The notes under the pieces: model-generated
The model's database searches: none
What the model was told of the DNA's origin: nothing
What the model saw: only the letters and a program-made list of their open reading frames with translations
DNA from: Gammaproteobacteria bacterium
Lineage (GTDB): Bacteria; Pseudomonadota; Gammaproteobacteria; S012-40
Reading direction: 5' to 3'
DNA: 64,000 nt
NCBI GenBank assembly: GCA_027021445.1
Contig: JALUUH010000235.1
Span: forward strand, 7,646 to 71,645
Made by a program: the position numbers and the translations under genes
In this document: piece by piece, positions 29,727-38,973 of the stretch
Position numbering within the stretch: position 1 is the stretch's first letter
How the letters are laid out: the number at the start of each line of letters is the position of its first letter

Positions 29727-30329
29727 CTATCTTCTCGCGCTCGCTTTGGTTACGAATTTTTTAATTTTCTTTTGGCCTTGCCAAACTTTTCGATTATTGG
29801 CGAGATTGATTAAATTAAGGTCAACTTGATAGAAGCGTATTTGTTGTTTTCCGTCAGTATCGAGAATGGTGCTAAAAGTCCCTTTCAGCATGAAATCCGC
29901 ACCCATTTCCTCACCCATTTCTTTGCGGCTATTTTCAGAAGCATTAATATCCATATCTTTGCGTTCTTCTCGGATTTCATTGCGTTCGTCACGCGAAGCA
30001 ACAAAATCAACCACACCGGAGTTTATTAATTCACCTTCAATATCATTAACGAAAGTTGCGACATTGATATGCTCATGGCTTTTGTTTCGAACTTTGCCGA
30101 TAATAACAGCAGGTGGGCGGCCCATTTTAGTTTCAAATCGAGTTAACCAAGGACGGTTTAAAACGTCTCTCACCATTTCTTCAGATACCAGGCGAGAATC
30201 TGTGTCATTCCATTTTCCGCTGAGGTCTTTAACTTCATCAGCCCCCATTCGTTCAACTTTTCCGGCACAACCAAAGATGAGGAAAATGGACAGGGTGAGC
30301 AAAATTATTTTAGAATGAGTCTTAATCAT
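29727..30329 (-). CDS. LpoB-like / CsgG-fold lipoprotein
   Basis: Lipobox IFGC, DLSGKWNDTD, NKSHEHI, GADFML.G, VWQGQKKIKK. Confidence 0.85.
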   Translation of the reverse strand: MIKTHSKIILLTLSIFLIFGCAGKVERMGADEVKDLSGKWNDTDSRLVSEEMVRDVLNRPWLTRFETKMGRPPAVIIGKVRNKSHEHINVATFVNDIEGELINSGVVDFVASRDERNEIREERKDMDINASENSRKEMGEEMGADFMLKGTFSTILDTDGKQQIRFYQVDLNLINLANNRKVWQGQKKIKKFVTKASARR

Positions 30330-30579
30330 GAGTGTACTCCAGTTTGTTCTTAGATAAAGGCGTGATAGATATTAAAGCGGACATCAGGTCACGGAATAAA
30401 AAATGTATTGTGTACATGTAAACTAGAAAAGTCCATACAGAATCAGCATATTGTAGCTAGTTGATGGCAAGTGGTCGAAATATTTGTCCGCAAGTTCTAG
30501 CGTATTAGTTTGCATTTGTTGTAAGGCTGTAGTGCTTGGAGAAAATAAGTGGCGGGGTTTTGATGATGACCGACTGTAG

Positions 30580-31251
30580 ATGATAGATGCAAAGAATTTG
30601 AATATATTTTTTATTTCAGCAGATCAAAATGAGGCCTGGGAGTGGTGTGTGTGGCAGCCTTGTTTTGAGTGGAAAGGGTGGCAAGCAATAATTCTGCGTC
30701 AACAAGTGGAATCTACGGCTTCTTTGTCCGAGGTCGTGGATGATTATCGTCAACAGATTTTAGCGCATGTCGCAAAGTCTAATAAGGTCAATAATATTGT
30801 TGTAGGAAAAGGCTTTGGTGCCCTGGTCGCGCTTTCCCTTTCATTAAAAGAAGAGCTTCACTCCATCGTATTAATTGATTTTTTCGCAGAGCCGAAATTT
30901 ATCGATTATTTTGTAGAATATGCGGCTGAGTTTATGGTGCAAGATAATCGTTATTTTAATAAGTACTTGTTAGAGCATGGCGATAAAGTATATTCTTCTG
31001 GTCTATATTCTAACAAAAAGCTAGAGGTATTTATTAAAGATAAAGTTATTCCCAAGTCGCAGCAATCTGCTCTATTTGTTTCTAGTTTAGATGATCTTGA
31101 TACATCGGCTGATAGTAGTGAGTTTCTCGCCTCCATTATGACGGCAACATTTTTGAATTATAGTTATATCAATGCAACTGAATTGCTGCTTGGTAATGAT
31201 GCAAAAGATTGTGCGACTCATATCAATGAGTGGATTGTTAGCTTGAAATAA
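30580..31251 (+). CDS. Degenerate alpha/beta-hydrolase-fold protein
   Basis: IVVGKGFGALVA elbow lacking Ser; no clear catalytic His. Confidence 0.55.
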   Translation: MIDAKNLNIFFISADQNEAWEWCVWQPCFEWKGWQAIILRQQVESTASLSEVVDDYRQQILAHVAKSNKVNNIVVGKGFGALVALSLSLKEELHSIVLIDFFAEPKFIDYFVEYAAEFMVQDNRYFNKYLLEHGDKVYSSGLYSNKKLEVFIKDKVIPKSQQSALFVSSLDDLDTSADSSEFLASIMTATFLNYSYINATELLLGNDAKDCATHINEWIVSLK

Positions 31252-31338
31252 TAACGTAATGTAGCAAATGGGGGGGCAGCGGGGAATACTGGCCAATAAC
31301 AGTTTCATACCATCAGCTCGTTTAGGAATGGGCGCTCA

Positions 31339-32061
31339 TTAGCTAAACCCCGTTAGGCTAACGGCTAAGCCGATGAGTCCACCAAAAACACCGCCCCATA
31401 CGACGAGCCATCCTAGGTGTTCTTTGATCAGTGTTTGAATAATTTCTTTAACCAGCTGGGGCGTTAATTCATTGAGTCGCTGGTCAACAATGGTTTCGAT
31501 TTTGGCTTTTATATCGACACTTAATTGCTCACTGTCGATGCTTGATGCAAGTGCTTTTTGAAATTTGTCCTTATGAACCATTTCATTGAGTGCTTCCTTG
31601 ATTTTGCCAATAAAAGGGATTTTTAAGTTATCTAGCGCATTTCTGCCGCCAAGCATGTCTAACATATCGCCAAACGAAGATTCCATTATGGCATCAACTA
31701 AGCGCTGAAAAAGTGTCTCGTAATTCAACTCGTCAATGAGTCGACCTGGTTTAAGCCATTTATGCACTGATTTTTCTTCTTCGCTAATGAAGCGTTTGAG
31801 ATTTTCTTCTTGAAAAAATTGATCCATTATTAAATGCTTAATTGAGCTTTTAAATTCTTCAAATCTGTTAGGGATGACACCTGAGCCATATAAGAGTGGG
31901 ACTTTTTCAAACAGCATGTGAATCGCTAGCCAGTTTGTTAGCGCTCCAGATAGCGCGAATAATCCGATTGAAAGTAAGTGATCTTGGTAAATATTGAGAA
32001 ATATACCGCCAAGGATGAAAAGCACAGCAATCGCATTGGTGATTAACGCTTTATCTAACAT
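31339..32061 (-). CDS. DUF445 family membrane protein
   Basis: GALTNWLAIHMLF, GSGVIP and HLGWLVVWGGVFGGLIG motifs. Confidence 0.88.
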   Translation of the reverse strand: MLDKALITNAIAVLFILGGIFLNIYQDHLLSIGLFALSGALTNWLAIHMLFEKVPLLYGSGVIPNRFEEFKSSIKHLIMDQFFQEENLKRFISEEEKSVHKWLKPGRLIDELNYETLFQRLVDAIMESSFGDMLDMLGGRNALDNLKIPFIGKIKEALNEMVHKDKFQKALASSIDSEQLSVDIKAKIETIVDQRLNELTPQLVKEIIQTLIKEHLGWLVVWGGVFGGLIGLAVSLTGFS

Positions 32062-32100
32062 GAAGAAGCCTATATGAATTTTAGTGGGGCGTATTTTACC

Positions 32101-32234
32101 CTAGGAGGCTGTCCGAGAATAGAAATTGTAGCGCACGCTCTCGCACATCCCTGTGCTTCGCTGCAGACCATCAATGGTCAAAAGAATACGCCTAATTGCG
32201 TATATTTTCGATCAAATGAGACGAATAGCCGTCA
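32101..32234. repeat. Longer MITE-like remnant of the CTAG family
   Basis: Begins CTAGGAGGCTGTCCGAGAATAG; internal GCACATCCCTGTGC hairpin; right end not identifiable. Confidence 0.55.
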
Positions 32235-32708
32235 TTATTCTGAAATTTGCTCGTCAAATGTAAACATTAACTGCGAACACTTCTTTTTTAAACCAGGAGA
32301 GTCTGAGCTATTGAGCGATAAATTGCCTGCTTCATTAAAATGACATTCAATGGCATTTTCTTCTTTATCTTCTCTTAGGGTAATGCCTTTGCCGGGTTTG
32401 TATTCTGCTTCGAGTACTCCCCCGTGGTAATAGGTGTAGCTATCTTTTGTACCCCAGTACAAGGTGCGTGAATGTGCTGCCATTTTATCAATTATGCTGG
32501 GCACTTCTTTGATGGTGTGAGTAGGAGTTTTACTGGTGCTTGCTTGCAACGGTGTTGAGCTGACCGGCGACAAGGGGCTGTCTAGGGTTGTGGGGCTGGT
32601 GGCGGTATTTCCAGGCGAGCTTGGTTTCGTATTTGTATTGGCGCAGCTCGCTAATAAGAGTGTGGCGATTGCGTAAACTGATAATGTTTTAAAGTTGTGA
32701 TGTTGCAT
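32235..32708 (-). CDS. Hypothetical lipoprotein with S/T/P linker and a C-terminal unrecognised domain
   Basis: Lipobox LASC; paralogous to the neighbouring gene; GGGGA RBS. Confidence 0.8.
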   Translation of the reverse strand: MQHHNFKTLSVYAIATLLLASCANTNTKPSSPGNTATSPTTLDSPLSPVSSTPLQASTSKTPTHTIKEVPSIIDKMAAHSRTLYWGTKDSYTYYHGGVLEAEYKPGKGITLREDKEENAIECHFNEAGNLSLNSSDSPGLKKKCSQLMFTFDEQISE

Positions 32709-32841
32709 GATATTCCCCCAATTTCTTGTCTTTAAATTATCACAGACAGAATCCTAGATTAATGGACAGTGCTAGTACTCATTCTAGACATCCATTCGGG
32801 TATTTCAGTTGATAGGATAGTCTGGAAGTGGTGACAGCTCT

Positions 32842-32870
32842 AAGATACATAGTAAAATACTCCGAAACAA
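32842..32870 (-). promoter_or_regulatory. Possible sigma-70 promoter
   Basis: TTGTTT-N17-TATCTT on minus upstream of 32708. Confidence 0.35.
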
Positions 32871-33031
32871 GGGGTAGCGGAAAAGCAGATATAGGTTTAG
32901 CATGGTGGTTTGAGTGTTAAGTGGAGGAGTGAGTCGTAACTAATTGATTAATTGCAAGTTTTGTCGTTTTTATGAGGGTGGATTGGTACTCCCAAAAAAG
33001 TAGTTAGTGTCGCATCCGTTAAACTCACCTC

Positions 33032-33817
33032 TTACTCGGAAATCTGTTCATCAAAGCTTAGCATGAGTGCCGAGCAGCGATCGCGAAAATCAGATTTCTC
33101 TTTTTTCTTAACCTGAAGTCCCAGTTGCTCGTTGTAGTGACACTCTAAGGCATTTTCATCTTTGTCTTCGCGAAGGATTAGACCTGAGCCTGGTTTGTAT
33201 TCCGCCTGTACAACTCCGCCCATATAGAAGGTATACATGCCTGTGTTACGCCAGTAGAGCGTGAAGTCGCTGGCGGCCATTTTATCGATGATTGTTTCGG
33301 GTTTTCGTTTCTTGGGAGCCGATTTTTTCTGGATTCGGGGTATAGGTGCTGCTCGTCTTTTAGTGATAGGATCGGGTATTTGCTGATTGAATGCGGTGAC
33401 CAATTCGTTGCATCGGGTTTGAAATATCATGGCTTTTTGAGAACTAAGGCCGGGTATTGAAAGGTCTCCTTCATCGTCAAAGCGACATTCTATGGCATTG
33501 TGGCTTCTATCTTCGGTTAACGTAAGCCCAAAGCTTGGTTTGTATTCTGCGGTAAGAATTCCATACATTTGTAATGTATAAGAATCATCTGATTTCGAGT
33601 AGCGGGTTTCTTTGTGTCGATCTATTTTGGCAATCATTTTTGAGATTGTTCGGTCATCAACCGGTTCTATGCGTGGTTGAGAAAGCGAGGCAGCGAGGCC
33701 GATGATAGATGCTGATGAGCTGACGAGGAATGGGCTTGTGGTCTCGGCATTTCCTGTGCTCAGGGTAAAAGTTGCTATGCTTGCGCTAATGAGCAAAGTG
33801 TTTACTGTCCTTTTCAT
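33032..33817 (-). CDS. Secreted hypothetical protein with two copies of the same unrecognised domain
   Basis: Signal peptide; AEYKP..G..L.ED...NA.EC motif occurs twice. Confidence 0.8.
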   Translation of the reverse strand: MKRTVNTLLISASIATFTLSTGNAETTSPFLVSSSASIIGLAASLSQPRIEPVDDRTISKMIAKIDRHKETRYSKSDDSYTLQMYGILTAEYKPSFGLTLTEDRSHNAIECRFDDEGDLSIPGLSSQKAMIFQTRCNELVTAFNQQIPDPITKRRAAPIPRIQKKSAPKKRKPETIIDKMAASDFTLYWRNTGMYTFYMGGVVQAEYKPGSGLILREDKDENALECHYNEQLGLQVKKKEKSDFRDRCSALMLSFDEQISE

Positions 33818-33870
33818 GCGAATAGCCTCTGGTTAAACTTGTTGTTTTTGGTGAAATTTATGGGTGAATT

Positions 33871-34593
33871 CTATTTTTTGAAATCAATTACTTTTTTTAA
33901 AGGAGATAGATTGATTTCATCAAAAACGGTTCCTTGCCGACTTTCTAGGATAAATACGATGGTATTTGCAAGGTCGTTAGTTTGAATGTAATTGTCTGCG
34001 TCTGGGCCCGGGGAGAAATCAAGCTGGTCAAAAAACGGTGTGTTAACCATGCCAGGATTAATGATTGTGACTCCAATATTTGAGCTTGAACATTCTTCCC
34101 GTATAGCTTGCGCGAACCCTCTTAAGGCAAACTTACTGGCGCTATAAATCGCCCCTTTTTTTCCTCCTTTTAATGCGGCTTCTGATCCTATGAATACAAT
34201 GCTGGCATTTTTTTGTTGTTTCAGTCGAGGTAAAAACGCACGAACAACAAAAGCTTGGCTTGTAAAGTTGAGATCTATTAGCTCTTTAATCTGAGAGTAA
34301 GAAAACTCTTCGATGGAAGCAAATCTTCCTTTGCCGGCGCAGCAGATAACAGAGTTTATATCATTATGTTTTTTTTGTATGCTCTTAAGTTGCGATGGGA
34401 GTGTATCTAAGTCGAAAAAATCCACCGAAATAAACGTGAAATTATTATTGTTTTTAACTTCAGTTGGAATGCGTGAGCTATTTCTGGCCAAAGCAACAAC
34501 TTGATAATTGCATTGTATTAAGCAAGACGCAATGGCTAGGCCTATCCCTGAACTTGCGCCGGTAATTAATATTTTAGATTGTTCTTTAGGCAT
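33871..34593 (-). CDS. SDR family oxidoreductase
   Basis: TGASSGIG, YSASK and NPGMVNT motifs. Confidence 0.92.
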   Translation of the reverse strand: MPKEQSKILITGASSGIGLAIASCLIQCNYQVVALARNSSRIPTEVKNNNNFTFISVDFFDLDTLPSQLKSIQKKHNDINSVICCAGKGRFASIEEFSYSQIKELIDLNFTSQAFVVRAFLPRLKQQKNASIVFIGSEAALKGGKKGAIYSASKFALRGFAQAIREECSSSNIGVTIINPGMVNTPFFDQLDFSPGPDADNYIQTNDLANTIVFILESRQGTVFDEINLSPLKKVIDFKK

Positions 34594-35578
34594 CTAAGCA
34601 CCGGAAATATTTTTTAGCAGGTATGTATTGAAGTAATATTTGCTCACAATAAAAAATCATTTTATTCTCCAGGTCAAACTTATATGAAGTCATGCCATTC
34701 GATGATTCCATTGGCCCAGAAAAAATATGTTCTCTGGGATGCATTTTTATCAGGTTTTTAAAGAATTTATCCGGCATGCGAAAAACTCCAAGACTGACAG
34801 AATGCAATGCTGCTGTGTCAATGGCGGAAAAAATAGTTTCAAACATATTTTTATAGGCTTGTTCATAGCCGTCATAATAGATAATGGGATCAAAGCGTAA
34901 GCCAATCGTCCAGCCCTTGTTTTGCAGTTTTTTAATGGCATCAATCCGTTTTTGTAAAGAGGGGGTTTTGTGTTCTATTTTGTTAATAACATCCTCTGGA
35001 GAAATTGAAAATGCAACGATGCAGCGTGGGTTTGCCGACATGTCGAGTAGATGTCTTATTTGAGTGCTTTTGGTTCGCAGTTCTAAATAGGCGTTTTTTA
35101 TATTCAATATTTCAGGGGTGAAATATTTTGCAAAGTGGGTAACGGGTTCAAGCGCTAAACTGTCACAATCATAGCCAGAAAAAAAGGCAACATCCTCACT
35201 ATGCTGGCTGGCAACGGTTTTTATTTCAGTTATAAAGTCTTCATAGTTTACAAATAAAACATAATGTGCGCTGCGATACATGCCTTGTAAAAAACAGTAT
35301 CGGCAGTCGTAAATACAATTCATCATGTGTGAAAAGTAATAATTATGATAAGGGCCAATTCGGTAAGCATCCGGTGCTTGATGCACAAAGCGATTCATTT
35401 TTTTTGCTAAGATTAACGAAGGATTGTTTTTTTGTAGTCGAAAATTTTGTGCAGACGGGTTGAATACCTCGCTGTAATGTGTGCAAATTATTTGCTCGGC
35501 ATTTTTGAAACGAGCGAGTATCTGGCGGGTGCGTGTATGATCAATGATTTCTTCTTCGATATAAATATTTGAAATCAT
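34586..35578 (-). CDS. Spore photoproduct lyase (SplB)-like radical SAM protein
   Basis: NCIYDCRYCFLQG, DSLA, ELRTKS, EHKTPSL..RI.A, GLRFDPII motifs. Confidence 0.88.
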   Translation of the reverse strand: MISNIYIEEEIIDHTRTRQILARFKNAEQIICTHYSEVFNPSAQNFRLQKNNPSLILAKKMNRFVHQAPDAYRIGPYHNYYFSHMMNCIYDCRYCFLQGMYRSAHYVLFVNYEDFITEIKTVASQHSEDVAFFSGYDCDSLALEPVTHFAKYFTPEILNIKNAYLELRTKSTQIRHLLDMSANPRCIVAFSISPEDVINKIEHKTPSLQKRIDAIKKLQNKGWTIGLRFDPIIYYDGYEQAYKNMFETIFSAIDTAALHSVSLGVFRMPDKFFKNLIKMHPREHIFSGPMESSNGMTSYKFDLENKMIFYCEQILLQYIPAKKYFRCLDA

Positions 35579-36379
35579 TTATAGCTTCACTTTCTGTAGG
35601 GTGAGTAGGTTGTCGAGATATTGTAAAACCTGTTTGGCGTTTGAGTACTTATTCAACTCTATATTTATGTCATTATTGGAATTTAGAGTAAGGCGGTCTA
35701 GTGCTTTTTTTAATTGATGTTGTTGAGTTTTTGTGAAGTGGAATGCAGTGGTTAGTTCATGATAATAAACAGGGGTTTGTTTTTCCAGTTGATATTCTTG
35801 CAGTAGTTCATTTTGTTGATCGAAATAAGTCAGAATGCTTGATAAGGCATTTCCCATGAGTTCATGAACATAATTTTTATCGATATTTTTTATAGATTGT
35901 TGTTCATTGTCTGAGACGACTTTTAGGCAGCTGACTAATTCAGTCGTAGTGAATTTAATACATGTTGCATAAAAACCAGCTGCCTCCATGTCGTAGATGT
36001 TATTGTTTTTATAATTTTCAGTCGGCTGGTCAACGGTAATGAGTGGGCTGCTTTCGATTTCGGTTTTAATGATAAGTGGAGGATACCCGTATAGCATGCT
36101 GAAGTCAGCACTGACTTTATTCGCGATAAAAATACTTCCTATGGGTTTTTTACGTGCGCCGCATATTCCGATGTTTAACCAAGAGCAAACGGGGTTGTTA
36201 AATTTTGCATAAACATAGGCGCACGCGGCGGCCATATTGAGCTTTCCGATCCCTGATATTATTAAAAGGATGTCATTTTTTTGGTGGATTTTAAATGGGT
36301 GATTTAGAATCGACTTCATACTGAAGTGATCGATGAAGGCTTGTGCTTCACATTGTAATGCGCATGTTATTATCCTCAT
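35579..36379 (-). CDS. Purine nucleoside phosphorylase / MTA-SAH nucleosidase-like protein with a C-terminal helical extension
   Basis: AL..EA, SGIGK, NIGICG, YDMEAAG and KVVSD motifs. Confidence 0.82.
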   Translation of the reverse strand: MRIITCALQCEAQAFIDHFSMKSILNHPFKIHQKNDILLIISGIGKLNMAAACAYVYAKFNNPVCSWLNIGICGARKKPIGSIFIANKVSADFSMLYGYPPLIIKTEIESSPLITVDQPTENYKNNNIYDMEAAGFYATCIKFTTTELVSCLKVVSDNEQQSIKNIDKNYVHELMGNALSSILTYFDQQNELLQEYQLEKQTPVYYHELTTAFHFTKTQQHQLKKALDRLTLNSNNDINIELNKYSNAKQVLQYLDNLLTLQKVKL

Positions 36380-37227
36380 TTTGTTTCGCTCTCTGCAGTA
36401 TAGATGGTACGTAATTTTATCAGATCTTCCACATCATGTTTTTTGTTTCGTTTGATGGCACCATTCACGACGATGTCAATTTTTTTAATGAGCATTGCGA
36501 CCGCATTTTGTTTATCTTCGGGTTTTAGCCGATGATATTGTAGTAGGTTGTCAAGTGCTCTAATTCTGAATCTATCCATGCCCCAATATTTTTGTGAGAG
36601 TTGATCTTCGTGGCCCCCATACTTCTTAATGAGTGCGGTATTGACAAATAATACCGGATATTTTGCGCAAATTTTCAACCACAAGTCATAGTCTTCGCAA
36701 GCGGGTAAGGATTCATCAAAACCAGAAAATTCATCGAGCAAAGAACGGTGTAACATTATGGAGGAAGGAGACATGGCGCATAAGGTCAAACATTCGGAGA
36801 ATATCCATCCGCCTGATTTTTTGTGTTTGTTTTTTTGGTTGACACGTTTGCCATTGCGAATCCATATTTCTTCTGTGTGACAAACAAAGTGATCTGTATT
36901 TTTGGATAGAACGTCGGTTTGCATTTTAAGCTTGTCAGGTAACCATTCGTCGTCAGAGTCTAATAGTGCAATCCAATTCCCGGTTGAGCGTTTAATGCCC
37001 TGGTTACGTGCCGAGCTTACTCCTTTGTTTGCTTGTGACACTAAAATAACATGAGGAAAACTTGCATGTATAAATTCTACACTGTCGTCATTCGAGCCAT
37101 CATCTATAACAATAATTTCATGTGCCTTATATGTTTGATTGATGACAGATTGTATGGCGCGAGCAATAAGGTGCTTGCGGTTATAGTTGGGGATAATAAC
37201 CGAAATACGGAATGTTGAATCTAGGAT
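36376..37227 (-). CDS. Family 2 glycosyltransferase (start codon non-canonical or uncertain)
   Basis: Frame extends upstream of the listed ORF through ISVIIPNYNR and IDDGS; GVSSARN, LDSDD and CEDYDLW motifs. Confidence 0.85.
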   Translation of the reverse strand: MLDSTFRISVIIPNYNRKHLIARAIQSVINQTYKAHEIIVIDDGSNDDSVEFIHASFPHVILVSQANKGVSSARNQGIKRSTGNWIALLDSDDEWLPDKLKMQTDVLSKNTDHFVCHTEEIWIRNGKRVNQKNKHKKSGGWIFSECLTLCAMSPSSIMLHRSLLDEFSGFDESLPACEDYDLWLKICAKYPVLFVNTALIKKYGGHEDQLSQKYWGMDRFRIRALDNLLQYHRLKPEDKQNAVAMLIKKIDIVVNGAIKRNKKHDVEDLIKLRTIYTAESETK

Positions 37228-37916
37228 TGTCTTTTCTCTGAACGATAAGGTGTGTTGCGAATTTTATCGTGATCATGCATGCGGTATTGACTAAAGTCTT
37301 TTTTATTGTCGAAGTGCATGAAAGGGTTGCCTGCTACCTGCTCTTGCATTGTCGAGGTTTGTTTTTCAGCGTAGTTATGGCCAGGGTGAATGATAGTGTT
37401 TGAAGGTAGATCAGAACCTAGTTGGCGTAGAGTATCGTACATGATATTGGGGTCGCCGCCCGCGAGATCGCAACGTCCGCATCCAAATACAAACAGGGTA
37501 TCACCGGTAATTAAATCATTTTGAATGTGATAACAAGCTGATCCGGGTGTGTGTCCAGGTGTGTGTAATACTTCTATTTCTGTTTTACCGAGTTTGATGA
37601 TGTCGCCGCCATGATGAGTGGTTGGTGTGTTCTCATATTGCCCCCAAAACTTAGCTTCTTGTTTCAATAAATGAATTTGAGTATCGATGCTTTGATTGAG
37701 TTCTTCTATGCCGTTAATATGGTCGTTATGACTATGTGTTAACAAGACATCAGTAACGTTGATGCCTTTTTCTTTGGCGAGTTTGATGACTTGTTGCACA
37801 TCCCAGGCGGGATCAACGATGGCTCCGCGATTGCTTTCTAAGTCTTGAATTAAATATACAAAGTTGTCCATGGGGCCAAGCTCTAGTGCATGTATGGCAT
37901 GAGTTTTTGTGGTCAT
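37221..37916 (-). CDS. MBL-fold hydrolase (glyoxalase II-like)
   Basis: THSHNDH, HTPGHTPG, TGDTLF..GCGR and PGHNY motifs; start at MTTKTH with GGA RBS. Confidence 0.92.
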   Translation of the reverse strand: MTTKTHAIHALELGPMDNFVYLIQDLESNRGAIVDPAWDVQQVIKLAKEKGINVTDVLLTHSHNDHINGIEELNQSIDTQIHLLKQEAKFWGQYENTPTTHHGGDIIKLGKTEIEVLHTPGHTPGSACYHIQNDLITGDTLFVFGCGRCDLAGGDPNIMYDTLRQLGSDLPSNTIIHPGHNYAEKQTSTMQEQVAGNPFMHFDNKKDFSQYRMHDHDKIRNTPYRSEKRQS

Positions 37917-38052
37917 TACGGTTTCCTTGAATATTCGAACTTGAGTTGCCATTTGGATTCTAAGGTGGATGCGTCGAGGTGTTTATCACCTGTGTTTTTT
38001 AAAGCATTGACGGTAGGTGGTCTATTTTTTATCATCGACTTATCCATAGCGG

Positions 38053-38832
38053 TTAACTGCGGGTTTTAGGATTATGTTGTGCAATTTCTCTTAATTTTGG
38101 TACAGCGAGTCCTGCTTCATTTGCTAGGACTATGGCGCGTGCTAAGCGAGCAGGTGCAGAACGTCCCATGCATTTATGCTGAGGGTCGCCTTGTATGCCT
38201 TCGATAAATCCACTAACCTGTTTTTCTCGATCAATTTTTTTGTCTATCAGGGTTTCTTGAATATCTATGACTTCATTTGCGACTTGTCGCGCTAAGGCTT
38301 GGTTGTTTTTCCACAACTCACTCACTACCCCGCCACAAACTAAACCGGATATGTTAGTTGTTAATATGTAGACATTTTTACGCACAAGCTCAAATTCTAG
38401 TTCTGCAGAATTTGCTACTTTGTGGGTCGGTATGTCGAGTTTCCCGAGCGCATTTATTAAACTGTCTGAATGTTTACCAAAGACGGGGCTGGGTATTAAT
38501 ACTTTAGCATCTTGGCCTTTCTTTTTTTCAAACCATATGGACATGACCGTGGGGTTTTCAATGTTATGTGTTTGCCAGTCTTTTGGCAGTAATTCATTTT
38601 GAATCAAAACAAGTTTGTTAATCCATACTTGCGGAATATTGGTTAGGCAAGCTGATAGATCTGCTTCGGCGACGGACAACAAAACAAGTTCTGGGTCAGG
38701 GCATTGTTGGGCGGCTTGTTGTATATCCATATCTCGTGTAACTGGAAATACAGGGTGGCCTAAGCGTAATAAACCACGCGCAAATACGCCACCTATTTCT
38801 CCTATACCGATAACGACAACAGATTGTTTCAT
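38053..38832 (-). CDS. Rossmann-fold hypothetical protein (ketopantoate reductase-like)
   Basis: VVIGIGEIG, IQN, ELVRKN motifs. Confidence 0.7.
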   Translation of the reverse strand: MKQSVVVIGIGEIGGVFARGLLRLGHPVFPVTRDMDIQQAAQQCPDPELVLLSVAEADLSACLTNIPQVWINKLVLIQNELLPKDWQTHNIENPTVMSIWFEKKKGQDAKVLIPSPVFGKHSDSLINALGKLDIPTHKVANSAELEFELVRKNVYILTTNISGLVCGGVVSELWKNNQALARQVANEVIDIQETLIDKKIDREKQVSGFIEGIQGDPQHKCMGRSAPARLARAIVLANEAGLAVPKLREIAQHNPKTRS

Positions 38833-38973
38833 GTGAATTAAATACCTCTGAGTTGATATTAAATTAATAATGGTATCTGAGCTCCTAGGATGGCATCAAG
38901 TGATAACATCATAATATAATGTACTTTAATGAGGTGGGTATAACAAGCGCTAGTCTTGTTGAAGTACGAGGGG

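Noticed and set aside
32074-32343. 89-aa plus-strand ORF
   Set aside because: Runs through a MITE remnant and antisense into a real gene; no protein features
24582-38062. 16-bp match TAGCGGTTAACTGCGG at 24582 and 38047
   Set aside because: One copy overlaps a coding end, and a single match of this length is compatible with chance in 64 kb
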